DNA from: Candidatus Desulfofervidaceae bacterium | GTDB lineage: Bacteria; Desulfobacterota; Desulfofervidia; Desulfofervidales; Desulfofervidaceae | Length of the DNA stretch: 64,000 bases | Assembly (NCBI GenBank): GCA_030262855.1 | Contig: JAJSZL010000002.1 | Location: 1,234 to 65,233 of the forward strand | Reading direction: 5' to 3' | Part shown: piece by piece, positions 8,721 to 17,730 of the stretch | Layout of the letters: every line of letters starts with the position of its first letter | How positions within the stretch are numbered: the first letter of the stretch is position 1 | Translations under genes and position numbers: made by a program | The notes under the pieces: model-generated | The model's database searches: none | Told to the model about the DNA's origin: nothing | What the model saw: the letters and a program-made list of their open reading frames with translations, nothing else

Positions 8721-11604
8721 AAGGATTTATAAGTCTCTCTCTAATCATGTCTTGTGGCCTTATGGGGAAAGCGGATTTAAACGGGTATTGGATGTTCAGT
8801 CAGCCGAGGTAATTAGCTTCCTTGATAATCATCCTGATCAGGCTAAACAATTGCTTAAGCTCTGTGTAAGCTGCTCTTACCTGGCCAATTTATTGGTAAG
8901 AAAACCCCATCTGCTCTCCTGGCTTTTTTTAGAGCAGGCCATATCAAAAAGCCGAACTAGAGCCGAATTTCTTGCGCTTTTAAAACCACTTATCCCCCAG
9001 GCTGATTTCCCTAAAAAACTTAGGGAATTTAAGACCAAAGAATACCTACGCATTTGGACAAGGGATGTTAACCAGCTATGTAGCTTGGAAGACTCTTTGG
9101 CTGAATTAAGTGCCCTAGCCGAGGCTTGCATCCAAGCATGTTACGAACATGCATTAATATCTTTATCTCAAACTCCTCCAGCACGTTTTTTTGTTTTAGG
9201 ATTAGGGAAATTAGGTGTAAAGGAACTCAATTTCTATTCCGACATTGATATCGTTTATCTATATGAAGCCCCTTCATCTCTTTCTCCTCAAGAACATGGC
9301 TTTTTCATTAAACTAGCTGAAGCTATCACCAAACTCCTGCAGGACCCTGCTTATGGAGAAATCGTGTTTAAAGTTGACTTAAACCTTCGTCCTGGGGGAA
9401 AAGAAAGTGAAATTGTTCAGTCTACCAGAGCGGTAGAAATCTTTTATGAAAATTTTGGGCGAACATTGGAAAGGCTTGCCTTACTTCGGGCCCGCCCAGT
9501 AGCTGGAGAAATAGAAACAGGAGAGGCGTTTCTCAAAAGCCTTGAGCCGTTTATTTATCGTCGTTATTTGGACTACTCCGGAGTGGAAGAAATCAGAACC
9601 CTGAAAAGGGCATTGGATTTCCAATCACGTCGGCAAAGGGGTATAAATGTCAAATTGGGACAGGGAGGTATCCGTGAATTAGAATTTTTTATCAATACCT
9701 TACAACTCATCTATGGTGGTAAAATTCCCGCCTTGCGTCAGCATCACACCTCTGCCGTCATTGAGGCCCTTAAAACTGCCAAAATTATCAAGCCTGAGGA
9801 CGCCGAGGGACTAAAACGGGGTTACCGTTACTTGAGACGCCTAGAACACCTCTGCCAGATGGCCACCTATCGTCAAACCCACACCCTTCCTTCAGACCAT
9901 ACTGCCCTTCTAAAAATTGTGCGTTTAATGGGCTACGCCCAGAGAGACGAACAGGCAGCTTTAGGAGCGTTTCACCTACATTTACAAAAGACGAGAAGCT
10001 TTGTTCATCGCCTTTTCAAAGAACTTTTATATTCGCCAGAGGAAGAAGACAGAGACAAAACCAAAGCCCTTTTATTAAAGAGCCTCTTTACCGACCTTCT
10101 GTTGGAAGAAGAAGCTATTTCTTATCTGGAACACCTTGGGTTCAAGCGGCCCCAAATGGCATATGAGGCAATTTCTAATTTAAAAGGAGTTTTAAAAACT
10201 CCTCATGCCTCTAGTCAAGCACGGGAGGCTCTTATCTCCCTCTTGCCCAAGCTTCTATTAGAAGCTGCTCAAACACTTGACCCTGACCTCGCGCTGGTTC
10301 ACCTAGAGGAATTTATCACCCGGATAGGCCCTAGGGGAGGCTTTTATGCCCTGTTAAAGGAAAATCCCCATTTAAGAAGACTGATTTTACAAATATTTGG
10401 GGCCAGCAAGTTTCTGTCAAGCCTCTTAATCAAACATTACCAACTATTTGATAACCTCATTTCTGCTTACCAAGCCTTACCAATCAAGACTGAAAAAGAA
10501 CTTAGAGAGACCTTAAACATAGCCATTGAAGATAAAACTGATTTGGAAGAAAGGATGGAAGCACTCCGTTTGTTTAAAAATGAAGAACTTCTCCGAGTTG
10601 GCTTTCACGACTTGGCCGGCAAATTAAATTCCCTTCGTGTTTCCCATCAGTTGAGTCTGGTAGCAGAATTGTGTATTAAACAGGCATTAATCTGGGCCAA
10701 AGAAGAAGTAAATAAAAGTGTATCTCCACTCCACCTTCCTTTTGCCATCCTGGCTTTAGGAAAACTGGGCAGTCAGGAATTGGCCTATCATTCAGACCTG
10801 GATTTGATTTTCATTTATGATTACCCTCCAGACACCGATCTTTCTTTTCAACAAAACGCTCATGTCTATTTTGTTAAAGTGGCTCAACGTCTGATATCTA
10901 TCCTTACCCTCCCCCATGCTGGCGGCCCTGGATATGAAGTAGACACTCGATTGCGACCATCAGGACGCTTTGGCCCTCTGGTTGTCTCACTGGCAGCATT
11001 CAAACACTATCATCAAACCCAGGCCCAACCCTGGGAACACCAAACTTTGTTAAAGGCAAGAGTGGTTACAGGGGAGAAAAAATTAATAGAGGAGTTTGAA
11101 ATTTTCCGCCAGTCCTTACTTTTTGAAAGAAGGAAAGATACTTTCTGGCAAAAAGAAATTAAGGATATGCGCAAACGCATCTTACAAGAACGGGCCAAGG
11201 AAGCAAATGATAAATTTAATCTGAAGCTAGGAAAGGGGGGGCTTATAGAAATAGAATTCCTCACCCAGTATCTCCAGCTCACCTATGGAAAAGATTACCC
11301 TTCTTTGCGCCAGCGTCACACCCTGAAAGTGTTAAAGGCTATAAAAAAAGCAGCTTTATTACCAAAGGAAGAGGCTGACGTCTTGATAGAAGGATATAAT
11401 TTCTATAAGGCTTTAGAACATCGGTTAAATTTACTTTATGACCGTTCTTCAGATAGCTTGCTTACCCTTGAAGCCCTTAAGGAAATATGGGAAAATTGGG
11501 GATTAGGAAAACCTCCCTTTAACATTCCTTCGGATAAAATTGGCACTTATACACAACAATTAAGGAAGAATATCAGAAAAATATGGGAAAAATTTCTAAA
11601 TTGA
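8713..11604 (+). CDS. glnE: bifunctional glutamine synthetase adenylyltransferase/adenylyl-removing enzyme
   Basis: 963 aa with two nucleotidyltransferase repeats (GLGKLGVKELNFYSDIDIVYLY and ALGKLGSQELAYHSDLDLIFIYD), each followed by a DxRLRP motif. Confidence 0.85.
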   Translation: MTERIYKSLSNHVLWPYGESGFKRVLDVQSAEVISFLDNHPDQAKQLLKLCVSCSYLANLLVRKPHLLSWLFLEQAISKSRTRAEFLALLKPLIPQADFPKKLREFKTKEYLRIWTRDVNQLCSLEDSLAELSALAEACIQACYEHALISLSQTPPARFFVLGLGKLGVKELNFYSDIDIVYLYEAPSSLSPQEHGFFIKLAEAITKLLQDPAYGEIVFKVDLNLRPGGKESEIVQSTRAVEIFYENFGRTLERLALLRARPVAGEIETGEAFLKSLEPFIYRRYLDYSGVEEIRTLKRALDFQSRRQRGINVKLGQGGIRELEFFINTLQLIYGGKIPALRQHHTSAVIEALKTAKIIKPEDAEGLKRGYRYLRRLEHLCQMATYRQTHTLPSDHTALLKIVRLMGYAQRDEQAALGAFHLHLQKTRSFVHRLFKELLYSPEEEDRDKTKALLLKSLFTDLLLEEEAISYLEHLGFKRPQMAYEAISNLKGVLKTPHASSQAREALISLLPKLLLEAAQTLDPDLALVHLEEFITRIGPRGGFYALLKENPHLRRLILQIFGASKFLSSLLIKHYQLFDNLISAYQALPIKTEKELRETLNIAIEDKTDLEERMEALRLFKNEELLRVGFHDLAGKLNSLRVSHQLSLVAELCIKQALIWAKEEVNKSVSPLHLPFAILALGKLGSQELAYHSDLDLIFIYDYPPDTDLSFQQNAHVYFVKVAQRLISILTLPHAGGPGYEVDTRLRPSGRFGPLVVSLAAFKHYHQTQAQPWEHQTLLKARVVTGEKKLIEEFEIFRQSLLFERRKDTFWQKEIKDMRKRILQERAKEANDKFNLKLGKGGLIEIEFLTQYLQLTYGKDYPSLRQRHTLKVLKAIKKAALLPKEEADVLIEGYNFYKALEHRLNLLYDRSSDSLLTLEALKEIWENWGLGKPPFNIPSDKIGTYTQQLRKNIRKIWEKFLN

Positions 11605-11868
11605 GTAAATGAGTTAAAATGTTAAAAGTTTAATGCTAAAATATAGCATGTAGAACAGCAAGACAGTGAAGAGGCAAATTTATTTAAAAATTAATGTTTT
11701 ATACATTAAGTTATTTCCAGCTTTCTGCGAAAATCTGTGTCCTCACAACCACTTAACTACTTAGCTACTTTTTATATTTTTCCTGCCTTTTGGCTTTTGA
11801 ACAAAAGTAAATTTTAAGTTGAGAAGAAAGGATTGCAAAGATCAGAATTTTTATATAAAAGCAATTCA

Positions 11869-13221
11869 ATGATGGGTAGAAACCATAAACATTTCACATT
11901 AAGATTAGTCTTTGTTATCCCCTTCTTCACTACAAGCCTAGTGCTCATTACCAGCCTTTGGTTTATCAGAGCATTTCTTACCGAAGCCGGGTTTAAAATG
12001 ATTTTGTTGAGCACAGGTCTTCTTATAGGCATAGCTTTCATTGCAGGCTTAGCTTTGGCAATGGCTATTTCTCGCCCTCTCAAGACCCTGGAAGACAAGG
12101 CTCAGGCCGTTATTCAAGGGGATTTAGCCCAAGAGATAACCCTTCCTCTTCGGGACGAGCTAGGTAGTCTGGGCCATATTTTTAACGAAATGATTGCTGC
12201 ATTTAATAAATATCTCAAAGAAAGCATGGAAGCAGGAGTAGTGGTGATAAACAATAAAGGATTTATTACCAGTACAAACTATGTTGCCAATCAAATTTTT
12301 AACATTCCTCAAGGAGCAATGGAGGGAAAACATTACACCGAAATATTTGCTCCAGTCCCAGAACTCTTATCCTTAATAAAAACGGCCTTGGCTGAACAAA
12401 GGCCTTTTTCTGTTCAGGAAATGAAAATGTCCAAAGAAGAACTTATCTTGAATGTAAGTGTTTCTGTATTTAAAGAACCACAAAATTTATCCCCAGGATT
12501 AGTGATCTTTTTTAGAGAAGTAAGCCAGCTAAAGGAATTCCAACGCCAACTAGCCCATGCAGACCGTTTGGCTTATCTAGGCACCTTAACCGCCGGCCTG
12601 GCTCACGAGATAAGAAATCCTTTAGCAGGCCTGCAAAGTCTGGTAGAATTGGTAGAAACAAATTTGACCAATCCCCAACGCTGTCAGAGATATCTGGAAG
12701 AAATAAATAAGGTAATTACTAGACTCAATTCGTTGGTAACTGATATGCTCGCTTATGCCCATGCAGATCCAGAGGAGTTCAAACCTATAGAAATCAACCA
12801 GCTGTTAGAAAACACATTGACCATGCTGGATTATGAGTTTAATATAAATGAGTTTGAAATAATAAAAGACTTTTCTTCCCAGCCATTAACAATTATGGGA
12901 GATGAAGCAAAACTCATTCAGGCATTTAATAATGTTATTCGTAATAGTTTACAAGCCATGCCCAGCAGAGGGAGGTTAATTATTGCAACCAGCTCTACAT
13001 CCAAAAAGGTAGTGGTGGAAATCACCAATACCGGTTCATATATTCCTCCAGAAAAGCAGGAAGCAATATTCGTCCCCTTTTATACTACTAAATCTAACGG
13101 TACTGGTTTAGGCTTACCCATTGCCAAACGGATTATAGAAAGTCACGGTGGCAAGATAGAGTTAAAAAGTAGCCCAGAAAAAGTTACTACTTTTATAGTG
13201 GAGTTGCCAATTTCAAAATGA
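11869..13221 (+). CDS. sensor histidine kinase (2 TM-HAMP-PAS-HisKA-HATPase), partner of the downstream sigma-54 activator
   Basis: H-box LAHEIRNPL, N-box NVIRNSLQAM and G-box TGLGLPIAKRIIESHGG. Its stop overlaps the start of the next gene by 4 nt. The track starts at TTG 11833; ATG 11869 is preferred. Confidence 0.85.
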   Translation: MMGRNHKHFTLRLVFVIPFFTTSLVLITSLWFIRAFLTEAGFKMILLSTGLLIGIAFIAGLALAMAISRPLKTLEDKAQAVIQGDLAQEITLPLRDELGSLGHIFNEMIAAFNKYLKESMEAGVVVINNKGFITSTNYVANQIFNIPQGAMEGKHYTEIFAPVPELLSLIKTALAEQRPFSVQEMKMSKEELILNVSVSVFKEPQNLSPGLVIFFREVSQLKEFQRQLAHADRLAYLGTLTAGLAHEIRNPLAGLQSLVELVETNLTNPQRCQRYLEEINKVITRLNSLVTDMLAYAHADPEEFKPIEINQLLENTLTMLDYEFNINEFEIIKDFSSQPLTIMGDEAKLIQAFNNVIRNSLQAMPSRGRLIIATSSTSKKVVVEITNTGSYIPPEKQEAIFVPFYTTKSNGTGLGLPIAKRIIESHGGKIELKSSPEKVTTFIVELPISK

Positions 13222-14582
13222 GTTATCGGTTGTTAATTATTGAAGATGATAGTACCATGCGTTTTGCCCTAAGTGAACTGCTTTCTCAAAGGGGTTATGA
13301 AATAGTAGAGGCCGCAGATGCTGAAGCAGGCCTTAAAGTAGTCCAAAAAGAAGAAATTGATTTAGCCATTGTAGATATCAAACTCCCTGGAATGAGTGGC
13401 CTAGAAGCCATTTCACTAATACAGGAAAAAGACGCTTCTTTACCTGTAATTATCATCACTGCCTACGGAGATAAAAAAAAGGCACTTGAAGCTCTGAAAA
13501 AAGGTGCCTACGACTATTTTACCAAACCCTTCAAAATGGAAGAAATTGAAATTGTCATTAAACGAGCCTTGGAAAAGAGACGACTTGAAAAGGAGATACA
13601 GACGTTGAGGCAGCAGATTGAAGTTGGACAGGAATTTAGAGAAATTATCGGCCAGAGTGAAGCCATGAAAAAGCTTTTCAATCTGGTTAAAAAGGTTTTA
13701 GATACAGATGTAACAGTGTTAATTTCAGGAGAAAGCGGAACTGGAAAGGAGCTCGTGGCCTCTGTGCTTCATCACCATAGCCCACGTAAAGACAAACCCT
13801 TTATAAAAATAAACTGCGCTGCCATTCCCGAAACATTATTAGAAAGTGAGCTCTTTGGATACGAAAAGGGAGCCTTTACAGGTGCAATCTCTTCTAAACC
13901 CGGCAAATTTGAGTTAGCCCATGAAGGAACAATATTTCTAGATGAAATTGGAGAAATGCCTCTTTCTATCCAGGCTAAAATTTTGAGAGTGCTTCAGGAG
14001 AAAGAATTTGAACGGGTTGGAGGAACTAAAACGATAAAGGTTGATGTGAGAATTATTGCCTCTACTAATCGGGATTTATGGGAAGCCGTTCAGAGGAAGA
14101 CCTTTCGTGAAGACCTTTATTTCAGGCTAAATGTAATAAACATCCATCTCCCACCTTTAAGGGAAAGAAAAGAAGACATACCCTTGCTAATTGAACACTT
14201 TATAAGAAAATATAATGTAAAATTTAACAAAAAAGTAACTGGCATCTCCCAAGAAGCGTTGGGCTTGCTTTATCAATATCATTGGCCGGGAAATGTACGT
14301 GAATTAGAAAACTATATTGAAAGGGCTGTTCTTTTAGCTCCTAGGAAATTGATTACTTCTAAGGAGTTACCTTATTATCTCCTAGGAACAACTGAGGAAA
14401 TCAGGGAGAAGAATCTGGATGAAATTATAGAGGGAATAGAAAAAAGGCTAATTATTGACGCCTTGAGGAAAACGCACGGTGTACAAACCCGAGCAGCGGA
14501 GATCTTAGGCATTAGTGAGAGGAGTCTCTGGCATCGGGTGAAGAAATATGGTATTAAGGCAAAAGACTTCAAAAATAGGTGA
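13218..14582 (+). CDS. sigma-54-dependent response regulator (NtrC/PilR-like bacterial enhancer-binding protein)
   Basis: REC domain ([10 protein letters not shown]). AAA+ sigma-54 interaction module with Walker A GESGTGKE and the GAFTGA loop. C-terminal Fis-type HTH ([21 protein letters not shown]). Lies immediately upstream of the pilin gene. Confidence 0.9.
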   Translation: MSYRLLIIEDDSTMRFALSELLSQRGYEIVEAADAEAGLKVVQKEEIDLAIVDIKLPGMSGLEAISLIQEKDASLPVIIITAYGDKKKALEALKKGAYDYFTKPFKMEEIEIVIKRALEKRRLEKEIQTLRQQIEVGQEFREIIGQSEAMKKLFNLVKKVLDTDVTVLISGESGTGKELVASVLHHHSPRKDKPFIKINCAAIPETLLESELFGYEKGAFTGAISSKPGKFELAHEGTIFLDEIGEMPLSIQAKILRVLQEKEFERVGGTKTIKVDVRIIASTNRDLWEAVQRKTFREDLYFRLNVINIHLPPLRERKEDIPLLIEHFIRKYNVKFNKKVTGISQEALGLLYQYHWPGNVRELENYIERAVLLAPRKLITSKELPYYLLGTTEEIREKNLDEIIEGIEKRLIIDALRKTHGVQTRAAEILGISERSLWHRVKKYGIKAKDFKNR

Positions 14583-14620
14583 CAAATTTTGTAGTTTGAG
14601 CTACAGAGTTTGTTATTATT
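14582..14620 (+). promoter_or_regulatory. candidate enhancer (UAS) for the pilin sigma-54 promoter
   Basis: ACAAATTTTGTAGTTTGAGCTACAGAGTTTGTTATTATT contains the inverted TGTAG-N6-CTACA. It lies 48-86 nt upstream of the -24 element. It aligns without gaps to 29583-29621 with 28/39 identities, and 14/15 over the first 15 nt. Confidence 0.5.
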
Positions 14621-14667
14621 CAGGTCTGGCAAAATTGAAAAAGCCCTGAAATAAGCTAATTTTTGTT

Positions 14668-14683
14668 TGGTATAAAACTTGCA
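14668..14683 (+). promoter_or_regulatory. sigma-54 (-24/-12) promoter of the pilin gene
   Basis: TGGTATAAAACTTGCA has GG and GC at the exact consensus spacing (TGG-N9-TTGCA). It sits about 40 nt upstream of ATG 14724, downstream of a sigma-54 activator gene. Confidence 0.75.
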
Positions 14684-14723
14684 TAATATACTACATCAAA
14701 AACAAGTTGAAGGAGGTAGCTTT

Positions 14724-15161
14724 ATGGCTAAATGGTTATTGAAAAAGAAAAAGGGGTTCACGTTAATTGAATTGTTAGTGGTTTTGGTAATTTTAGCTAT
14801 TCTGGCGGCAGTAGCAGTGCCTCTTTATACAAATTACACCAAAAAGGCCTATTTCAGCGAAGCATCAGGCGTAATCGGGGCGATTGTTCAAGATGCAAGG
14901 GCCTATTATCAAGCTAATGGGAGTTGGCCTCTAGATAGTTGGTTTGTAGAAGGGAATTATGTTGATACTGGCGACCCTAATGTTAATTTTACTTATACTT
15001 ATAGCGGTAACGTAATTACTGCTACTGGAAAAAACAAGCTTGATAGTAGTGACACTATTAGTTACAATTTGAGCACATCTAAATGGACGGGAGCAGGCAT
15101 TTTTGCAAACTTTCCATTTCCTAATCCATCGTCATCATCATCGTCATCATCGTCATCATAA
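14724..15161 (+). CDS. pilA: type IV major pilin (prepilin) with a C-terminal deca-serine tail
   Basis: AGGAGG RBS at 14711-14716. Leader [11 protein letters not shown] followed by [22 protein letters not shown] (class III signal, Glu5). Mature 134 aa with no Cys, ending in [10 protein letters not shown]. The track's longer ORF (14679) would overlap the promoter. Confidence 0.9.
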   Translation: MAKWLLKKKKGFTLIELLVVLVILAILAAVAVPLYTNYTKKAYFSEASGVIGAIVQDARAYYQANGSWPLDSWFVEGNYVDTGDPNVNFTYTYSGNVITATGKNKLDSSDTISYNLSTSKWTGAGIFANFPFPNPSSSSSSSSSS

Positions 15162-15171
15162 GAAGAAGGTT

Positions 15172-15576
15172 ATGTTTGTTAATCAAAAAGGCTCAACCTT
15201 AGTTGAACTGACGGTTGCGGCCGTGATCCTAGCGGTCATGGCCGTAGCCATTGCTTATATGTTTGGCTTAGGAGGAGGGCGTTTAGAAACTTCTAACCTC
15301 CAACGTAGGTATTTATCATTAGCCGAGAGTAAATTGGAAGAAGTTAAGAAAAATCCTGTTCAGACAGGAGGGCAACAGGTTTTAAATAACCGGGGGACAC
15401 TTGATAATTCAGACGATGACTTAGTTATGGTTTGGACCCCTATCCTAGTAGATGATCCAGCCAATGGGACCAAAAACGGAGAAGTAGATTATTACCTCTG
15501 GACAGTGAAGATAGTGGACAAACTTTCTGAACCCGACAAAGAAATTATAAATATTAAAACCATGGTAGTGCCTTAA
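15172..15576 (+). CDS. minor pilin / pseudopilin (prepilin-type N-terminal cleavage-methylation domain)
   Basis: MFVNQKG followed by STLVELTVAAVILAVMAVAIAYMF. The His/Arg-rich N-terminal extension in the track (15103) is the pilin poly-Ser tract read out of frame. Confidence 0.8.
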   Translation: MFVNQKGSTLVELTVAAVILAVMAVAIAYMFGLGGGRLETSNLQRRYLSLAESKLEEVKKNPVQTGGQQVLNNRGTLDNSDDDLVMVWTPILVDDPANGTKNGEVDYYLWTVKIVDKLSEPDKEIINIKTMVVP

Positions 15577-15594
15577 AATTTAAAAACTACCTTT

Positions 15595-16290
15595 ATGCAA
15601 GCGATGTTTGTCTTTATTAAAAACAGGAATAAAAGATTTAACCTCTATGTTTACAGAACAGCCGGGTTTACTTTAATTGAGTTGTTAGTTACCTGTGTAA
15701 TTGCGGCCTTATTTCTACTGGGACTATCTTATTTTTCAGTCAATTTTAATACCGCTTATGACAAGGATCAAGCCAGAGTAGAACTACACCGGGAGGGGAA
15801 TTTTGCTCTTAATTCGCTGAAATCTTTAAAGAGGCAAGTTAACGGCAGTCTGAAATCCTTCGGTATTTTGGAGGCTAAGGGGGTAGCAATTGAAAGCAAT
15901 AAAACAGGTAGTGATAAAAAGTTGACTGTTCTTCTTTCTGAACCAGATCCTCAAGATAATAGCAGAGAAATTTATTACCTGGCTTATTTTTATCAGGATG
16001 GAAATAGCCTCAAATTTAGGTATAAATATAATGGTGAACTCTCAGAGCCAGAAATAATCATTCCAAGCACTTTTATCCACTATACAGTAGATATTCACTT
16101 TAGTTATCCAGAGAGTAATCAAGAATTAACATCAGAAGAATTAGAAGATGATACCTTGAAAAATTTTTTACAAGCAGAAGGGATTTCTGAAATTCACAAC
16201 GGGGTAAAGATTGATTTAAATCTAGTAAGCCCTTTGGGTCATGATTGTAGCTTTTCATCCTCTATTTACTGTCGGAATTTCGGAGACTAG
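15595..16290 (+). CDS. minor pilin (prepilin-type N-terminal cleavage-methylation domain)
   Basis: The ...RTAG followed by [20 protein letters not shown] motif about 22 residues from the start. 231 aa. Confidence 0.75.
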   Translation: MQAMFVFIKNRNKRFNLYVYRTAGFTLIELLVTCVIAALFLLGLSYFSVNFNTAYDKDQARVELHREGNFALNSLKSLKRQVNGSLKSFGILEAKGVAIESNKTGSDKKLTVLLSEPDPQDNSREIYYLAYFYQDGNSLKFRYKYNGELSEPEIIIPSTFIHYTVDIHFSYPESNQELTSEELEDDTLKNFLQAEGISEIHNGVKIDLNLVSPLGHDCSFSSSIYCRNFGD

Positions 16291-16291
16291 G

Positions 16292-17578
16292 ATGTGGAAG
16301 TTGAATCAAAATGGCATAGCACTCGTTTCTACCCTGAGTATAGGGATAGCCCTGGTGGTACTGGGTTTGCTTCTATTTGCCTTTGCCAGAATAGAAAGCA
16401 ATTTGAGCAAACAAAACCTCACTCAAAGTCAGGCCTTCTGGCAGGCTGAAGCCGGCCTCCAAATGGGACATTGGTGGCTTCAGTATACAGATGTATTGAG
16501 AGAAGATGTAACAGATAAGTCAGTGGTAATAAAGGCTGGAGATGACACTTTTTTACCTATCTTTGATGAACTCCATCCGGCTACAGACAATTGGATTTAT
16601 TTAACCCAAAAAACCGAAGGTGTAACTGAGAAGGGGGGAATCAAGTTTTACTTAATTTCAAAAGCCTCAGTAAGCACTTGTGTGGAGAAAGGCAAAACAA
16701 AAAAACAAACATTAAAAGAAAAAGGAATATTAACACTTCCTGGTTCCTTAGGTCATGGTGTAGCCATTGGGGCAGGGGAAGATATTTACTATGTAGACCC
16801 AACTGGCAGTTATAGATGGGGTAAATGGCACCACAAAAATTGCATCGGTGGTGGTTGTTGTAAGCACCACTATTATTCAGAAACTTTGGCTGAAGTAAAG
16901 GGCGAGGTAGAAATAGGAAACCAAGTTGCTCTTCCGCCTGGGTTATTTGATTCGTTAGATACCTTCAAAGACTATTTTAAAGGTCGTCAAATGGTAATTC
17001 GCAATGAAAGTCAGAGTTTCTATGATGGAACAATACCAAAGGACGAAAAAGGAAACGACGTCAAACTAATTTTTGTAGATGGTGATATTCATCTTTATGG
17101 TAATTGGTCCAATAAAAACATCACCTTTGTTGCCACAGGTTCTATTTATTTAGACACCCAAGTAGAAAAAGGTAGGAAATGCAGATGTAAGAAGAAAAGT
17201 TATGAACCTGTTACTACAGGTGATACAGGTCGATTGACCTTGATTGCTTATAATAAGTATAACAACGATAGTGCTGTTGTTATTACAGGTAGTGATTCTA
17301 GTAATATAATAAATGGGATTATTTGCTGTCGGGGCGATGTTGAGTTCAAAGGTGTAAGTAGCAGCTCTACATGTGGATGTTGGTGTCATCATAAGACAGA
17401 ACCTAGCGGTGGTATCTTTAAGGGCACAATATTAGCCCAAGGAAAAGTAAAATTGGGTGTAAACTGGACTATATATTATGATGCTCAAGTAATCACAGGC
17501 GATATTGTTGAACCTAGATTAGGTCTTTCATATGGTTTTAATTATGACCTAAAAAGAGTTTCCTGGTCTGAACTCTAG
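16292..17578 (+). CDS. large pilus-associated protein with a PilX-type N-terminus and Cys/His clusters
   Basis: ATG 16292 lies directly after the stop of the preceding gene. The N-terminus MWKLNQNGIALVSTLSIGIALVVLGLLLF resembles a PilX N-terminal domain. 428 aa with 11 Cys, mostly in the clusters HHKNCIGGGCCKHH, KCRC, ICC and TCGCWCHH. Confidence 0.7.
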   Translation: MWKLNQNGIALVSTLSIGIALVVLGLLLFAFARIESNLSKQNLTQSQAFWQAEAGLQMGHWWLQYTDVLREDVTDKSVVIKAGDDTFLPIFDELHPATDNWIYLTQKTEGVTEKGGIKFYLISKASVSTCVEKGKTKKQTLKEKGILTLPGSLGHGVAIGAGEDIYYVDPTGSYRWGKWHHKNCIGGGCCKHHYYSETLAEVKGEVEIGNQVALPPGLFDSLDTFKDYFKGRQMVIRNESQSFYDGTIPKDEKGNDVKLIFVDGDIHLYGNWSNKNITFVATGSIYLDTQVEKGRKCRCKKKSYEPVTTGDTGRLTLIAYNKYNNDSAVVITGSDSSNIINGIICCRGDVEFKGVSSSSTCGCWCHHKTEPSGGIFKGTILAQGKVKLGVNWTIYYDAQVITGDIVEPRLGLSYGFNYDLKRVSWSEL

Positions 17579-17730
17579 ATTAAAAAACAGTTTGGCCGAG
17601 TGCTGTGCAAATACTTGCTATACGCTTGATGTGTTAGATAAAATTTGCTTTCTTACTGTCCTGGGTGCTAACTTTGAGCGTTTTAACACTTTTACCCATT
17701 GCTCATTTACATAGCCGCACCTCCACACAC

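Noticed and set aside
14679-14723. Longer pilin ORF starting at TTG 14679 ([15 protein letters not shown]...).
   Set aside because: It would start inside the -12 element of the sigma-54 promoter and lacks an RBS. ATG 14724 has an AGGAGG 8 nt upstream and gives a canonical short prepilin leader.
15103-15171. His/Arg-rich N-terminal extension ([11 protein letters not shown]) of the second pilin ORF.
   Set aside because: It is the pilin poly-Ser TCR repeat read in another frame. The prepilin signal begins at ATG 15172.
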